DNA of 63,652 nt from Bacteroidota bacterium (GTDB lineage: Bacteria; Bacteroidota; Ignavibacteria; UBA10030; UBA8401), in NCBI GenBank assembly GCA_049317705.1, contig JBMOHT010000004.1, positions 1 to 63,652 on the forward strand, written 5' to 3'. Position 1 is the stretch's first letter. Each line of letters starts with the position of its first letter. Position numbers and translations under genes: made by a program. Under the pieces are notes generated by a model that ran no database searches, had not been told where the DNA came from, and worked only from the letters and a program-made list of their open reading frames with translations. Positions 8,939 through 19,151 of this stretch are shown piece by piece.

Positions 8939-11098
8939 ATGATCAGTATCCGTCAATGGTTCCTTCTTATGGTGTTGTGCTCAGCAGTGACGCTGACAGC
9001 CAACGCTCAGCAGGCAGAAGAGAAAAAAGCGCTTAGCGTTCGCGAACAGCTGGAGCAGTTAGCGGCTCAGGAAAAGAGCCAGCCGGCCAAGAATAATATC
9101 AATAAGCATGAGGATGAACAGGTTGCAAGAGTAAAGCGGCACAGCATTCCTGCCGCAGCAGAACAGAAAGAAATTACAGCACCGCAGGAAATTGTATCGG
9201 TCCCTGCACCGGAATATTCCAGCACGGAGGTGCCGAAGTCGGCACCTGTGAAAGCGAAGGATATCCGCGATGGACCAAACACCGGTACCGGATCGGCCGG
9301 AATATATGCGATCGTTGCAGTAATACTTCTCTCTTTTCTCACTTTCATCTTGATAAGGAATACAATTATGAATTGGCTCAATAATCTAAAGATCAGCAGT
9401 AAACTGATGCTTGCCTTCAGCTTGGTATGCATCATTGCGACGATCATCGGATACGTCGGATTCTCATCGACAAACGATATGGCGGCCGCGAGTCAGGTGA
9501 TGTATGAAAAACAGGCCTATCCCATCGGCGTGCTTGCTAATATGGATGACCGTTTTCAGCGTATCCGCGTGAACACCCGTGACGTTCTTCTTGCAACGAC
9601 AGATGCTGATATGGAAGATAAAATTGAAAAGATCAAAACATACCGCGAAGAGATCGACGGCTTTGCAAAGAAATATGAAACAACCATAATGACTGAGGCC
9701 GGCAGGAAAAAATTCGAGGAATTCGTCGATGCAAGGAAAGTATACGGCGGTTATTTAGATGAACTTATCTCACTCGCAAAATCCGGTAAAGATGCTGATG
9801 GCTTCAAACTGTTAAATGGCGATATGGCTAAGGCTTCCAGAGTTGAACAGGACCTGATCTTCGGAATGCTTGAACAAAAGATGAATCTTGCTGAAGCATC
9901 GGCCACTCAAAATAGTGAAGATGCGCAGTCCGCTTCAATGCAAATACTGGTCATTCTTGCATTCGGCGTGGTCGTTTCATTCGGTCTCGGACTCTTCATT
10001 GCACGCTCCATCGCAAATCCTGTGAACGATGTCGTTCAGAATATCAAGAATGCCGACCTCCATTCACAGTTCAATTCCACCCGCAAGGATGAGATCGGAC
10101 TTCTGCAGCAGGCATTCGACGGTTTCGTTCTCTCCATCAAACAGACACTTGTGCAAGTATCGGAAGCATCCGCCGCCGTTGCCAGCGCGAGCACGCAGAT
10201 CAGTTCCTCAACCGAAGAACTTGCCGCCGGTGCACAGGAACAGAGTTCACAATCCGCCGAGGTCGCCGGTGCGGTCGAAGAAATGACCAAGACCATTATG
10301 GAAAATTCGCGCAACGCCGGTGATACCGCAACCACTGCCAAGAAAGCGAAAGATACCGCTGTTGAAGGAGGAGATGTTGTCCGCCAAACTGTCGACGGTA
10401 TGAAAGAGATCGCGAAGGTCGTGAACAAATCCGCTGATACGGTGAAAGCACTCGGCAAATCGAGCGATCAGATCGGCGAGATCATCAGCGTGATCGACGA
10501 TATCGCAGACCAGACGAATCTTCTTGCATTGAATGCCGCCATCGAAGCAGCGCGTGCCGGTGAACAGGGACGCGGATTCGCCGTCGTTGCCGATGAAGTG
10601 CGCAAACTTGCCGAACGGACAACGAAAGCAACGAAAGAGATCGCATCGATGATCAAACAGATCCAGACCGATACGAAAGAAGCGGTCATTTCGATGGACG
10701 AAGGGACGAAGAAGGTCGGCGAAGGGATCACCCTTGCAGATCGCGCCGGTGCATCACTGGAACAGATCGTTGGGATCAGTCAAATGGTGACCGATAAGAT
10801 CGCACAGATCGCAGCGGCAAGTGAACAGCAGTCCAGCGCCAGCGAGCAGATCAGCAAGAATGTGGAAGCGATCAGCGCCGTCACACAACAGAGCGCCAGC
10901 GGAACACAGCAGATCGCACGCACGGCAGAAGATCTGAACCGCCTCACGGAGAATCTGCAGGAACTTCTGGCGAAGTTCAACCTGAATGCGTCAGCGGACA
11001 GCAGTCGGCGTGAATCAACACCGGTCCGCCAGAAGAGCTATCACCAGAAATCGAAAAAAGCTGTTTCCGAACACGGACAATTGGTAGAACACCACTAA
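8939..11098 (+). CDS. mcp: Methyl-accepting chemotaxis protein 4 with a 143-aa N-terminal extension (alternative internal start 9368)
   Basis: From ATG 9368 ([18 protein letters not shown] 8 nt upstream) the protein matches MCP1/2 in length and layout. The in-frame upstream part has a signal peptide, a low-complexity region and an extra TM. Confidence 0.9.
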   Translation: MISIRQWFLLMVLCSAVTLTANAQQAEEKKALSVREQLEQLAAQEKSQPAKNNINKHEDEQVARVKRHSIPAAAEQKEITAPQEIVSVPAPEYSSTEVPKSAPVKAKDIRDGPNTGTGSAGIYAIVAVILLSFLTFILIRNTIMNWLNNLKISSKLMLAFSLVCIIATIIGYVGFSSTNDMAAASQVMYEKQAYPIGVLANMDDRFQRIRVNTRDVLLATTDADMEDKIEKIKTYREEIDGFAKKYETTIMTEAGRKKFEEFVDARKVYGGYLDELISLAKSGKDADGFKLLNGDMAKASRVEQDLIFGMLEQKMNLAEASATQNSEDAQSASMQILVILAFGVVVSFGLGLFIARSIANPVNDVVQNIKNADLHSQFNSTRKDEIGLLQQAFDGFVLSIKQTLVQVSEASAAVASASTQISSSTEELAAGAQEQSSQSAEVAGAVEEMTKTIMENSRNAGDTATTAKKAKDTAVEGGDVVRQTVDGMKEIAKVVNKSADTVKALGKSSDQIGEIISVIDDIADQTNLLALNAAIEAARAGEQGRGFAVVADEVRKLAERTTKATKEIASMIKQIQTDTKEAVISMDEGTKKVGEGITLADRAGASLEQIVGISQMVTDKIAQIAAASEQQSSASEQISKNVEAISAVTQQSASGTQQIARTAEDLNRLTENLQELLAKFNLNASADSSRRESTPVRQKSYHQKSKKAVSEHGQLVEHH

Positions 11099-11106
11099 AG
11101 GAATAT

Positions 11107-11137
11107 TCCGCGGCGGATCTTGCCGGTCTGCCGCGGA
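11107..11137 (+). terminator. Hairpin after MCP4 (weak terminator candidate)
   Basis: The 8-bp stem tccgcggc/gccgcgga is extendable with G-U pairs. There is no clear T tract. Confidence 0.3.
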
Positions 11138-11201
11138 GTAAACCCTTTCAGTTCTCATACTGCAAGAGGGAAATTCAATCCATACCGTAAGGAATAGAGT
11201 T

Positions 11202-11603
11202 ATGATCCAATGGAGTAAAGAGATGGATGTTCAGATAGAATCGATCGACGTTCAGCATCGGACGTTGATCGCTTTGATCAATGAACTGCAGGATGTGATC
11301 GACAACGGCAGACCGGAAGTGATGGTCGGTTCGATCCTCTCTAAAGTGATCGATTACACTCATTATCACTTCGAGCACGAAGAGAATTGTCTCATTGTTG
11401 GCTGCTATAGTAAGCTCAAAGAACATCAATGTGTTCATAACGAGGTCTCGCGGAAACTAAAACAGATGGAACGGGAATACCTCAATGGAACGCCGGGGGT
11501 AGCACCGCGGGTGCTCGAACTTCTGCAGCGTTGGGCAATGGACCATATTATGAAGACGGACCGCCAATATTCCGCGCAACTGGTGATCGCCGGTTTGCAG
11601 TGA
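11202..11603 (+). CDS. Bacteriohemerythrin (free-standing di-iron O2-binding protein)
   Basis: All ligand motifs are present: DVQH, HYHFEHEE (HxxxE), HQCVH (HxxxH), HIMKTD (HxxxxD). 133 aa. Confidence 0.9.
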   Translation: MIQWSKEMDVQIESIDVQHRTLIALINELQDVIDNGRPEVMVGSILSKVIDYTHYHFEHEENCLIVGCYSKLKEHQCVHNEVSRKLKQMEREYLNGTPGVAPRVLELLQRWAMDHIMKTDRQYSAQLVIAGLQ

Positions 11604-11698
11604 AATAGCGATTGCTCCCGATACCACAGAAACGGGAACAATTAAAAAAACACCAGTATCAAAAAAAGTGTTGAGACGAATAAAATCCGGGATAGCAT

Positions 11699-13435
11699 AT
11701 GAAATTGTTGACAGTGTTTAATAACCTTAACGCGCGATGGAAATTCGTCGCCGTATCAATGTTATCGGCACTCCCCATCGTTGCCCTTGTGCTCCTGTAC
11801 GTCCTTCCGGAGATCCGTGAAGCGCGGTATGAGGAACGCCAGGCCTCGACCAAACAGGTCGTTGATATCGCTTATAATCTGATGAAGGAATACGACGAGC
11901 GTGTTCAAAAAGGGGAATTCACTCTTGCCGAAGGACAGAAACGATATCTCGACCGCATCAACAAGATGCGATATAACAAGGACGATTATTTCTGGGTGAA
12001 CGATATGCACCCCACGATGATCTTCCATCCGATCAAGAAAGAACTGAACGGTAAGGACATCTCGGGGAATAAGGATCCGAACGGAAAGCACCTGTTCGTG
12101 GAAATGGTCAAGGTCTGCGCCGACAAAGGTGAAGGATTCGTGAATTATGAATGGCCGAAACCGGGATTCGATAAGCCCGTGCCGAAAATATCCTTTGTGC
12201 GGCTCTATAAACCGTGGGGATGGATGGTCGGGAGCGGAGTATATATCTATGATATTGAAATGCACGTGGATGAAGCACGTGTCGGCGTGTTCCTGGGAAT
12301 GTTCGTTGCAACGATTGTAGCGCTGGCACTCGGATTCTTTGTCGGAGGGTTATACAAAAAATCACTTTCGGAGGTCGTGTCCAAAATGGACAATGCCGAA
12401 CTGAACACACAATTCAATTCCAACAGGGCGGATGAGATCGGTGCACTGCAGCGCTCGTTCGATACATTCGTCTCCAATATCCGCACAACGCTTATACAGG
12501 TCGCCGAATCATCGTCATCGCTGTCGATGGCAACGGATGAGATCAAACGGGGGACGGAAGAACTTGCCGCCGGCAGTCAGGAACAGAGCTCACAGGCGAA
12601 TGAGGTTGCGGCTGCCGTCGCCGAGATGACCTCGACCATCACGGAAAATTCAAAGAATGCAAATGCAACGACCGCTACGGCGCGTCAGGCGAAAGAGGCC
12701 GCCGTTGCCGGCGGTGCGGTGGTAAAGGATACGATCTCCGGAATGAAAGAGATCGCCGATGTTGTCATCCGTTCCGCCGAAACTGTGCGGACACTCGGAA
12801 GGTCCAGCGATCAGATCGGCGAGATCGTTTCGGTGATCAACGATATTGCGGACCAGACCAATCTTCTTGCATTGAACGCCGCCATCGAAGCCGCACGTGC
12901 CGGCGAACAAGGCCGCGGCTTTGCCGTTGTGGCGGATGAAGTGCGAAAACTCGCCGAGAGAACAACGAAGGCGACCAAAGAGATCGAGACAATGATCAAG
13001 AATATCCAGACGGAGACCAAGGATGCAGTCGTTGCGATGGAGGTCGGGACAAAGAAAGTGAATGACGGTATCATCCTTGCGGATAAAGCAGGTGCATCAC
13101 TCAAAGAGATCGTTACGGTGAGCCAGAATGTGACGGATATGATCGTGCAGATCGCATCGGCGAGCGAGGAACAGACGAGTGTCTCCGAACAGATCAGCCG
13201 GAATATCGAAGGGATCAATTCCGTTGCGCAGGAAAGTTCCAAAGGGTCACAGGAGATCGCCCGGGCTGCTGAGACATTGTTCCATCTCTCCACACAGCTG
13301 GAGGAACTCATCGCGAAATTCAATCTCGACACTCGGTCATCCGTTGATCAGAAGAGTTCAGGGGTGAAACGGACAAACCGGAAGAATGAACAATATTCAT
13401 ATTCTAAGAACAACGGGCATGCTGTAACGGCATGA
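11699..13435 (+). CDS. mcp: Methyl-accepting chemotaxis protein 5 with single-Cache (sCache_2-like) sensor
   Basis: [16 protein letters not shown]...[13 protein letters not shown]...[13 protein letters not shown] is a Cache-type periplasmic signature. HAMP and the MCP signalling hairpin follow. Confidence 0.9.
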   Translation: MKLLTVFNNLNARWKFVAVSMLSALPIVALVLLYVLPEIREARYEERQASTKQVVDIAYNLMKEYDERVQKGEFTLAEGQKRYLDRINKMRYNKDDYFWVNDMHPTMIFHPIKKELNGKDISGNKDPNGKHLFVEMVKVCADKGEGFVNYEWPKPGFDKPVPKISFVRLYKPWGWMVGSGVYIYDIEMHVDEARVGVFLGMFVATIVALALGFFVGGLYKKSLSEVVSKMDNAELNTQFNSNRADEIGALQRSFDTFVSNIRTTLIQVAESSSSLSMATDEIKRGTEELAAGSQEQSSQANEVAAAVAEMTSTITENSKNANATTATARQAKEAAVAGGAVVKDTISGMKEIADVVIRSAETVRTLGRSSDQIGEIVSVINDIADQTNLLALNAAIEAARAGEQGRGFAVVADEVRKLAERTTKATKEIETMIKNIQTETKDAVVAMEVGTKKVNDGIILADKAGASLKEIVTVSQNVTDMIVQIASASEEQTSVSEQISRNIEGINSVAQESSKGSQEIARAAETLFHLSTQLEELIAKFNLDTRSSVDQKSSGVKRTNRKNEQYSYSKNNGHAVTA

Positions 13436-13476
13436 TGCCGTACAGTCCATTTTGATTCGATGACACGACGACACTT

Positions 13477-15192
13477 ATGAAAACACGACGATCACTCAAT
13501 GTTCAGCAGAAGCTCTATCTTTTTCCGGCGATCATCATCGGCGTAATGTTCATTGCGTGGGGGTGGTATTCCGAGGTCAATCAGGGGAAGGAATCAGAGA
13601 ATGCGTTCCGCGGACAGCTTTCGGTACTGGCGCATACATCCACATTCATGAGCCACGGCTCCGCCGAACAGCTCGCGCAGGAAAAAGGATGGGAATTCCA
13701 TCGCATTCTTGTTGATGGAGATGCGGACACGAGTCTTTTTGGAAAGTGCGAACAGCGTGCAATGTCGACGCTCAAAGCAGATGCGTCAATGAAATCATAC
13801 GAAGAGATGTTCCCTACCGATTCGGCGAAGATGCTTGCCGTATTCGTCCCTGCGCGGATCCAGAGTGAATGCTACACATGCCACAATGAATCCGGTATCG
13901 ACATCTTCGGCGGAAAGAAAGAAGGGGAATTGGTAGCGGTCTTCGGTGTCGCCGGTTCATTGCAGGAAGTGGAAGCGCATCAGGCGGAGATCTTCTATCT
14001 GACAGCGATCATCTGTATCGTATGTGTTGTTGTGACCATCGTTGTCATACGGTCCACCTCCCATGCGATCGTCGTCGGTCCTGTGAAGGAACTGTCATTG
14101 CAGTCGGAAAAGATCTCCACCGGAGACCTCCGTTCGATGGTAACACCGCATCTCGAGAAGAAGATGGGCAGCCAGGATGAGGTTGGCGCACTGTCCCGTT
14201 CCTACAAGACGATGCTTGATTCGCTCCGTTCACTCATTCTGCGGTTGATGGACTCGGCGAATTCCGTCGCGTCGGCATCACAGCAGATCAGCAGCACTTC
14301 CGAAGAGATCGCCGCAGGAACATTGCAGCAGTCATCACAGGTAGGCGAGGTCTCAACGATGATCGAAGAGATGTCGAATTCCATCCATAAAAATTCTCAA
14401 AATGCGGTAGAAACAGCGGAAACAGCCCGAAAAGCGAGCCAATCGGCTGCCGGCGGAGAGCAGCTCGTCCGTCAGACCATCGATGGAATGAAACGCATCG
14501 CGATCGTAACGCGTGATTCCGCGAAAACAGTGAATACTCTGGAACGGTCCAGTGAACAGATCAGCGAGATCATCTCCGTAATCGACAGCATTGCGGACCA
14601 GACCACACTGCTGGCGCTGAATGCCGCCATTGAAGCGGCTCGTGCGGGTGAACAAGGGCGCGGATTCGCTGTTGTGGCAGGAGAAGTTCAGAAATTAGCT
14701 GACAGGACGACTTCCGCCACCAAAGAGATCAGCGACATGATCAAAAAGATCCAGTCCGACACCAGGGAAGCGGTACGCTCCATGGATGAAGGAACAAGAG
14801 AAGTCGAAAAAGGAATTGAACTTGCCGAGCAGGCCGGTACAGCACTCACCGAGATCAAGACCACCTCAGAACAGATGAGCGCCATGGTAACGAAGATCGC
14901 CGACGCAAGCAAGGATCAGGCGGTGAATGCTGAACAGATGACGAAGAATGTTGTTTCCATCACGAATATGACCTCACAGACCTCCACCGGTGTTCAGCAG
15001 ATCGCATTGGCGTTGGAAGAACTGAGTAATTTAACAACAACGCTGCAGGACATAGTGAATAATTTCACGTTGGACGGACAATCAAAGGATGACGGCAAAG
15101 CATATGAGCATTCGTATTCCGAAAGAGAAACATCGGCTGTGCACCGGCAAGAAGACGTATTCAACGAGAATGAATATGAGCATGCTCAATAG
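13477..15192 (+). CDS. mcp: Methyl-accepting chemotaxis protein 6 with periplasmic c-type haem (CxxCH) sensor
   Basis: CYTCH at 13870-13884 lies in the periplasmic region between TM1 and TM2. The HAMP and signalling hairpin are more diverged ([32 protein letters not shown]). Confidence 0.9.
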   Translation: MKTRRSLNVQQKLYLFPAIIIGVMFIAWGWYSEVNQGKESENAFRGQLSVLAHTSTFMSHGSAEQLAQEKGWEFHRILVDGDADTSLFGKCEQRAMSTLKADASMKSYEEMFPTDSAKMLAVFVPARIQSECYTCHNESGIDIFGGKKEGELVAVFGVAGSLQEVEAHQAEIFYLTAIICIVCVVVTIVVIRSTSHAIVVGPVKELSLQSEKISTGDLRSMVTPHLEKKMGSQDEVGALSRSYKTMLDSLRSLILRLMDSANSVASASQQISSTSEEIAAGTLQQSSQVGEVSTMIEEMSNSIHKNSQNAVETAETARKASQSAAGGEQLVRQTIDGMKRIAIVTRDSAKTVNTLERSSEQISEIISVIDSIADQTTLLALNAAIEAARAGEQGRGFAVVAGEVQKLADRTTSATKEISDMIKKIQSDTREAVRSMDEGTREVEKGIELAEQAGTALTEIKTTSEQMSAMVTKIADASKDQAVNAEQMTKNVVSITNMTSQTSTGVQQIALALEELSNLTTTLQDIVNNFTLDGQSKDDGKAYEHSYSERETSAVHRQEDVFNENEYEHAQ

Positions 15193-15226
15193 TGAGCGCT
15201 GTTTTTAGAAAGAATGATATTGTGTG
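15190..15226 (+). repeat. Solo end fragment related to the terminal repeat of the 18411-18600 element
   Basis: TAGTGagcgCTGTTTttagaaagaatgATATTGTGT versus TAGTGCTGTTTccaataaatcATATTGTGT at 18412. Both begin at the TAG stop of an MCP gene. Confidence 0.4.
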
Positions 15227-15277
15227 AAGGCATTTACCGATTCCCTCTCGTGTGATAGTGGACCAGAAAGAAATGTT

Positions 15278-15685
15278 ATGTCGCAAGTACTTTGGAATGA
15301 TTCATTGAGCGTAAGTATTCCGTCGATCGATACTCAGCACAAAGCATTGATCGCCATGATCAATGAATTGGACGGAGCAATTCTCCGCGGACAATCCATG
15401 CTGGTTACCGGTGCGATCATTGAGAAATTACTGATGTATGCAGAACATCATTTCGCGTATGAAGAACAGTGTATGAAGCAGTGTGCATTTGCACAAATCG
15501 AGACGCATCGTTGCCAGCATGATGAACTCCGTGAGAAAGTAAAAGAATTCAGTATCGCGTACGCTAATTCCGTTCCCGGAATCAGCGAGGGTCTTTTGGA
15601 ATTTCTCTACCAATGGCTGCAGGGTCACATTTTACGATCGGATAAACAATATACATCCCAATTTCAATCGCACAATATCACGTAG
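15278..15685 (+). CDS. Bacteriohemerythrin 2
   Basis: DTQH, HHFAYEE (HxxxE), HRCQH (HxxxH), HILRSD (HxxxxD). ATG 15278 is preferred over the GTG 15224 extension. Confidence 0.88.
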   Translation: MSQVLWNDSLSVSIPSIDTQHKALIAMINELDGAILRGQSMLVTGAIIEKLLMYAEHHFAYEEQCMKQCAFAQIETHRCQHDELREKVKEFSIAYANSVPGISEGLLEFLYQWLQGHILRSDKQYTSQFQSHNIT

Positions 15686-15729
15686 CAATGTATGTACGAT
15701 GGCCTAATCACCAATAGCAGAAAGATAGT

Positions 15730-16248
15730 ATGAAATATTCCGTTCAACCCACCAGCGAAGAACTTGTCATGCGGGACAACGAATTCATCATCTCTAAGAC
15801 CGATCTGCAGGGAAAGATCACCTATGCAAATCGGACATTCATGGAGTATAGCGGATTCACGGAACAGGAACTCCTCAATGCCCCGCACAGCATCATCCGT
15901 CATCCCGACATGCCGCGCGGTGTATTCAAACTCCTTTGGGATACCGTTCAAAGCGGAGTGGAGATCTGTGCATACGTGAAGAACATGTCCAAGTCCGGCG
16001 CATACTATTGGGTCTTCGCGAATGTCACACCTGTCGTAGACGGGAACGGTGCCATCGTGGGATATTATTCCGTCCGCAGAAAACCGAAGACTGAAGCGAT
16101 CCGCGCTATCGAGCCGTTATACCGTGAGATGCTTCAGGCGGAGCAGAGGACGAATTCCAAAGAAGCACCATCCGTATCGGTGCAGCTGGCGGTTGAAAAA
16201 TTAAAAGAATTGAGCATCGAATATGATGAGTTCGTTCTTTCCTTATAA
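15730..16248 (+). CDS. Free-standing Aer-type (FAD-binding class) PAS protein 1
   Basis: [47 protein letters not shown]...YVKNMSKSGAYYWVFANVTPV parallels the E. coli Aer PAS region (RHPDMP, LW, VKNR-KNG-YWV). No TM or MCP domain. Confidence 0.85.
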   Translation: MKYSVQPTSEELVMRDNEFIISKTDLQGKITYANRTFMEYSGFTEQELLNAPHSIIRHPDMPRGVFKLLWDTVQSGVEICAYVKNMSKSGAYYWVFANVTPVVDGNGAIVGYYSVRRKPKTEAIRAIEPLYREMLQAEQRTNSKEAPSVSVQLAVEKLKELSIEYDEFVLSL

Positions 16249-16296
16249 GTATATCAATTCTCATACTCTTTCATGATGTCAATAAAAGGTGCACCT

Positions 16297-18414
16297 ATGA
16301 AACGCTTTCAAGATCTCAAAATACGAACGAAACTCCTTAGTGCTTTTCTTGGAATGGCATTGGTCTCCGGTGTGATCGGATGGATCGGATATGATTCAGC
16401 CCAGACCATGATGCAACTTCAGGATACGATCTACCTGGACCGGCTCGTCCCGATCCGTGATCTCGGTTTTGCCGGCAATGCAGTCCATCATGCGGATTCC
16501 AGGATCAAACAATTGGTCGCTGTAAAGGATCCCGTTGAAAAACGGCGATTGAATACTGAGATCGCAGCTGAAATAGCCAAAACGAATGAATTGATCGATG
16601 CATACAGTAAGACCTATCTTGTGGAAGAAGAGGTCACGAATTTGGCGAAATTTCGAGAGGAATGGCCGAAATTTGTCTCAGCTGCGGACGAGATCCGTTT
16701 GCTGGTTCAGCAGGGCCGGAATTTCGATGCGCAGAGGATCATTGATTCGGAATTATCGAAACGTTCTGAATCATCAGTGGCCTTCATTGAAGAATTGGTC
16801 AATGTCAATGCACGAGTGGCTGAACAGATCGACCACGAAACGGATACAACGTCCAATTGGGCAGTGACGAAATTATTAATAGCACTGTCCGCCGGACTCG
16901 TTATTTCCATTATGGTGGGAATGTTCTTCTCACGATACATTGCAAATATTCTGAACCAAATGGTGAACGCATCCAATAAGATAGCACAAGGTGAGATCGA
17001 TCAACGGATCGATTATCGTTCCGAAGATGAATTCGGAAAACTTGCCGATTCATTCCGAGGAATGATCGATTATATGCACGGCATCGCCACCGCATCTGAA
17101 GCGATCGGGAAAGGGAATCTTGATGTGAACGTTACCGCTAAATCATCGAATGATACGCTGTCGAACAGTTTCATCCGTACAGCGAACGTTCTGAAAAGTA
17201 TGAGCAAAGAGATCAACACGCTGAACGGTGCAGGACGGAATGGTTCTCTGACCGTGCGCGGAAATGCGTCGCAGTATCATGGTGAGTTCAAACAGATGAT
17301 CCAGGGGATCAATGAAACGCTCGACGCCATCGTCATTCCGCTCAACGAGAGCAATGATGTACTCTATAAAATGTCGCACGGCGATCTCTCCGTACGGTTG
17401 AATAACAATTATAAAGGTGACCTTCAGAAGATGAAGCAGTCCGTCAACACGGTCGGCGAATCACTCTCCAGTGCCCTGCAGAATGTCGCATTCTCCATCC
17501 AGGCAACGGCAACGGCAAGCAGTCAGATCTCCGCATCGGTCGAAGAAATGACCTCGGGATTGAACGAACAGTCCAGTCAGACCTCCGAAGTGGCGAGCGC
17601 AGTCGAGGAGATGGCGAAGACCATCATGGAGAATTCCAAGAATGCCGTCGATACTTCTGAGACCGCAATGAAAGCAAAACAGTACGCGCAGGAAGGATTC
17701 GACGTCGTAGAAGAGACAGCGGTCGGTATGACGAAACTTGCGGAGATCGTCCGCAGATCGGCTGAGACCGTTCACGAACTCGGCCGCTCGAGCAATCAGA
17801 TCGGTGAGATCGTCCGCGTGATCGAAGATATCGCCGATCAGACGAATCTGCTCGCTCTGAACGCCGCGATCGAAGCAGCACGCGCCGGTGATCAGGGACG
17901 CGGATTTGCCGTCGTCGCCGATGAAGTGCGCAAGTTGTCCGAACGGACGACGAAATCCACAAAAGAGATCGCGGTAATGATCAAGAAGATCCAGAGCGAG
18001 ACCTCGGGTGCCGTGGAATCCATGGAAGAAGGAACACGCAGTGTTGATGTCAGCATCGAACAGACGGAGAAAGCCCGCGTATCACTGAATCACATCCTCG
18101 ACATCTCTCAAAAGGTGACAGAGATGGTCTCCCATATCGCAACGGCAAGCACCGAACAGACGAGGGCCAGCGATGTGATCAGCAAGAATATCGATGCCAT
18201 CAGCGCGGTCGCACAGCAAAGCTCCGTCGGCAATCAGCAGATCGCCAAAGCAATGAACGATCTGAATCAACAGACCGACCATCTGCAGAACCTCATCGGT
18301 ACATTCAAATTCTCCGGTGATGAATCGAAGATGCATGCGCCGAGAACTGTCCGGAATGATAAGAAGCATCGTCAGCCGGCGTTCGAGAACGGTTCAATGG
18401 AATATCATAACTAG
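16297..18414 (+). CDS. mcp: Methyl-accepting chemotaxis protein 7 (helical periplasmic sensor, at least two HAMP-like units)
   Basis: [14 protein letters not shown] start (ATG 16297). HAMP ([14 protein letters not shown]), a second HAMP-like segment ([22 protein letters not shown]), then the signalling hairpin with [21 protein letters not shown]. Confidence 0.9.
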   Translation: MKRFQDLKIRTKLLSAFLGMALVSGVIGWIGYDSAQTMMQLQDTIYLDRLVPIRDLGFAGNAVHHADSRIKQLVAVKDPVEKRRLNTEIAAEIAKTNELIDAYSKTYLVEEEVTNLAKFREEWPKFVSAADEIRLLVQQGRNFDAQRIIDSELSKRSESSVAFIEELVNVNARVAEQIDHETDTTSNWAVTKLLIALSAGLVISIMVGMFFSRYIANILNQMVNASNKIAQGEIDQRIDYRSEDEFGKLADSFRGMIDYMHGIATASEAIGKGNLDVNVTAKSSNDTLSNSFIRTANVLKSMSKEINTLNGAGRNGSLTVRGNASQYHGEFKQMIQGINETLDAIVIPLNESNDVLYKMSHGDLSVRLNNNYKGDLQKMKQSVNTVGESLSSALQNVAFSIQATATASSQISASVEEMTSGLNEQSSQTSEVASAVEEMAKTIMENSKNAVDTSETAMKAKQYAQEGFDVVEETAVGMTKLAEIVRRSAETVHELGRSSNQIGEIVRVIEDIADQTNLLALNAAIEAARAGDQGRGFAVVADEVRKLSERTTKSTKEIAVMIKKIQSETSGAVESMEEGTRSVDVSIEQTEKARVSLNHILDISQKVTEMVSHIATASTEQTRASDVISKNIDAISAVAQQSSVGNQQIAKAMNDLNQQTDHLQNLIGTFKFSGDESKMHAPRTVRNDKKHRQPAFENGSMEYHN

Positions 18415-18600
18415 TGCTGTTTCCAATAAATCATATTGTGTTTTCAAACAGTCACGCTGAGCGACGTCCCGACAATACTTCCCCCAATGGGGTCCCTTCG
18501 GGAGACTCGTCCACCCGTGGTGGACTCGCTCAGTATGACTGTCGGGACGGAGTCGAAGCGTATTTAAAAATATAATCTTACTTTTTAGAAACAGCACTAG
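18411..18600 (+). mobile_element. 190-bp MITE-like structured element with perfect 13-bp terminal inverted repeats
   Basis: ctagtgctgtttc (18411-18423) is the exact reverse complement of gaaacagcactag (18588-18600). It is flanked by, or includes, CTAG on both sides. The interior is packed with hairpins. A paralog lies at 49427-49552. Confidence 0.7.
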
Positions 18601-18632
18601 AATACAATCACAATAATGAATACGGGAATATT

Positions 18633-19151
18633 ATGAGAATGAATATCCAGCCGACGAACGAAGAACTCGTCATGCGAGACGGAGAGTTCATCGTATCGAA
18701 GACCGATCTGAAAGGTCAGATCACGTACGGTAACAGGACCTTTATGGAATTTGCGGGACATCCGGAAAAAGACCTTCTGGGAGCGCCGCACAATATCATC
18801 CGTCATCCCGATATGCCGCGGGGCGTTTTCCAACTTTTGTGGGACACGATCCGCAGCAACGCGGAGATCTTCGCCTATGTCAAGAATATGAGCGCAAACG
18901 GCGCATTCTATTGGGCGTTTGCAAATGTCTCTCCGGTGGTGGACGGGAACAATAATGTTATCGGATACTGCTCCGTCCGCCGTAAACCGTCATCGTCTGC
19001 CATTCAGACGCTGATTCCGGTCTACCGTGAAATGGTCCGGATCGAACAAAAGAGTAAATCAAAAGAATCGGTCATAGAATCGGTTGAATACCTTAAAAAT
19101 TTTTTGAATGAAAGGACGATGAGTTATGAAGAGTTTATTCTCAGTATTTAA
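18633..19151 (+). CDS. Free-standing Aer-type PAS protein 2
   Basis: Paralog of 15730-16248, also 172 aa ([19 protein letters not shown]...[21 protein letters not shown]). Confidence 0.85.
   Translation: MRMNIQPTNEELVMRDGEFIVSKTDLKGQITYGNRTFMEFAGHPEKDLLGAPHNIIRHPDMPRGVFQLLWDTIRSNAEIFAYVKNMSANGAFYWAFANVSPVVDGNNNVIGYCSVRRKPSSSAIQTLIPVYREMVRIEQKSKSKESVIESVEYLKNFLNERTMSYEEFILSI

Noticed and set aside
18394-18597. Minus-strand ORF of 67 aa, and the N-terminus of minus-strand ORF 48680-49516, sharing RDVAQRD(C/Y)LKTQYDLL
   Set aside because: The shared peptide is the translation of the repeated non-coding element (copies A and B). The second ORF is otherwise antisense to fliP.
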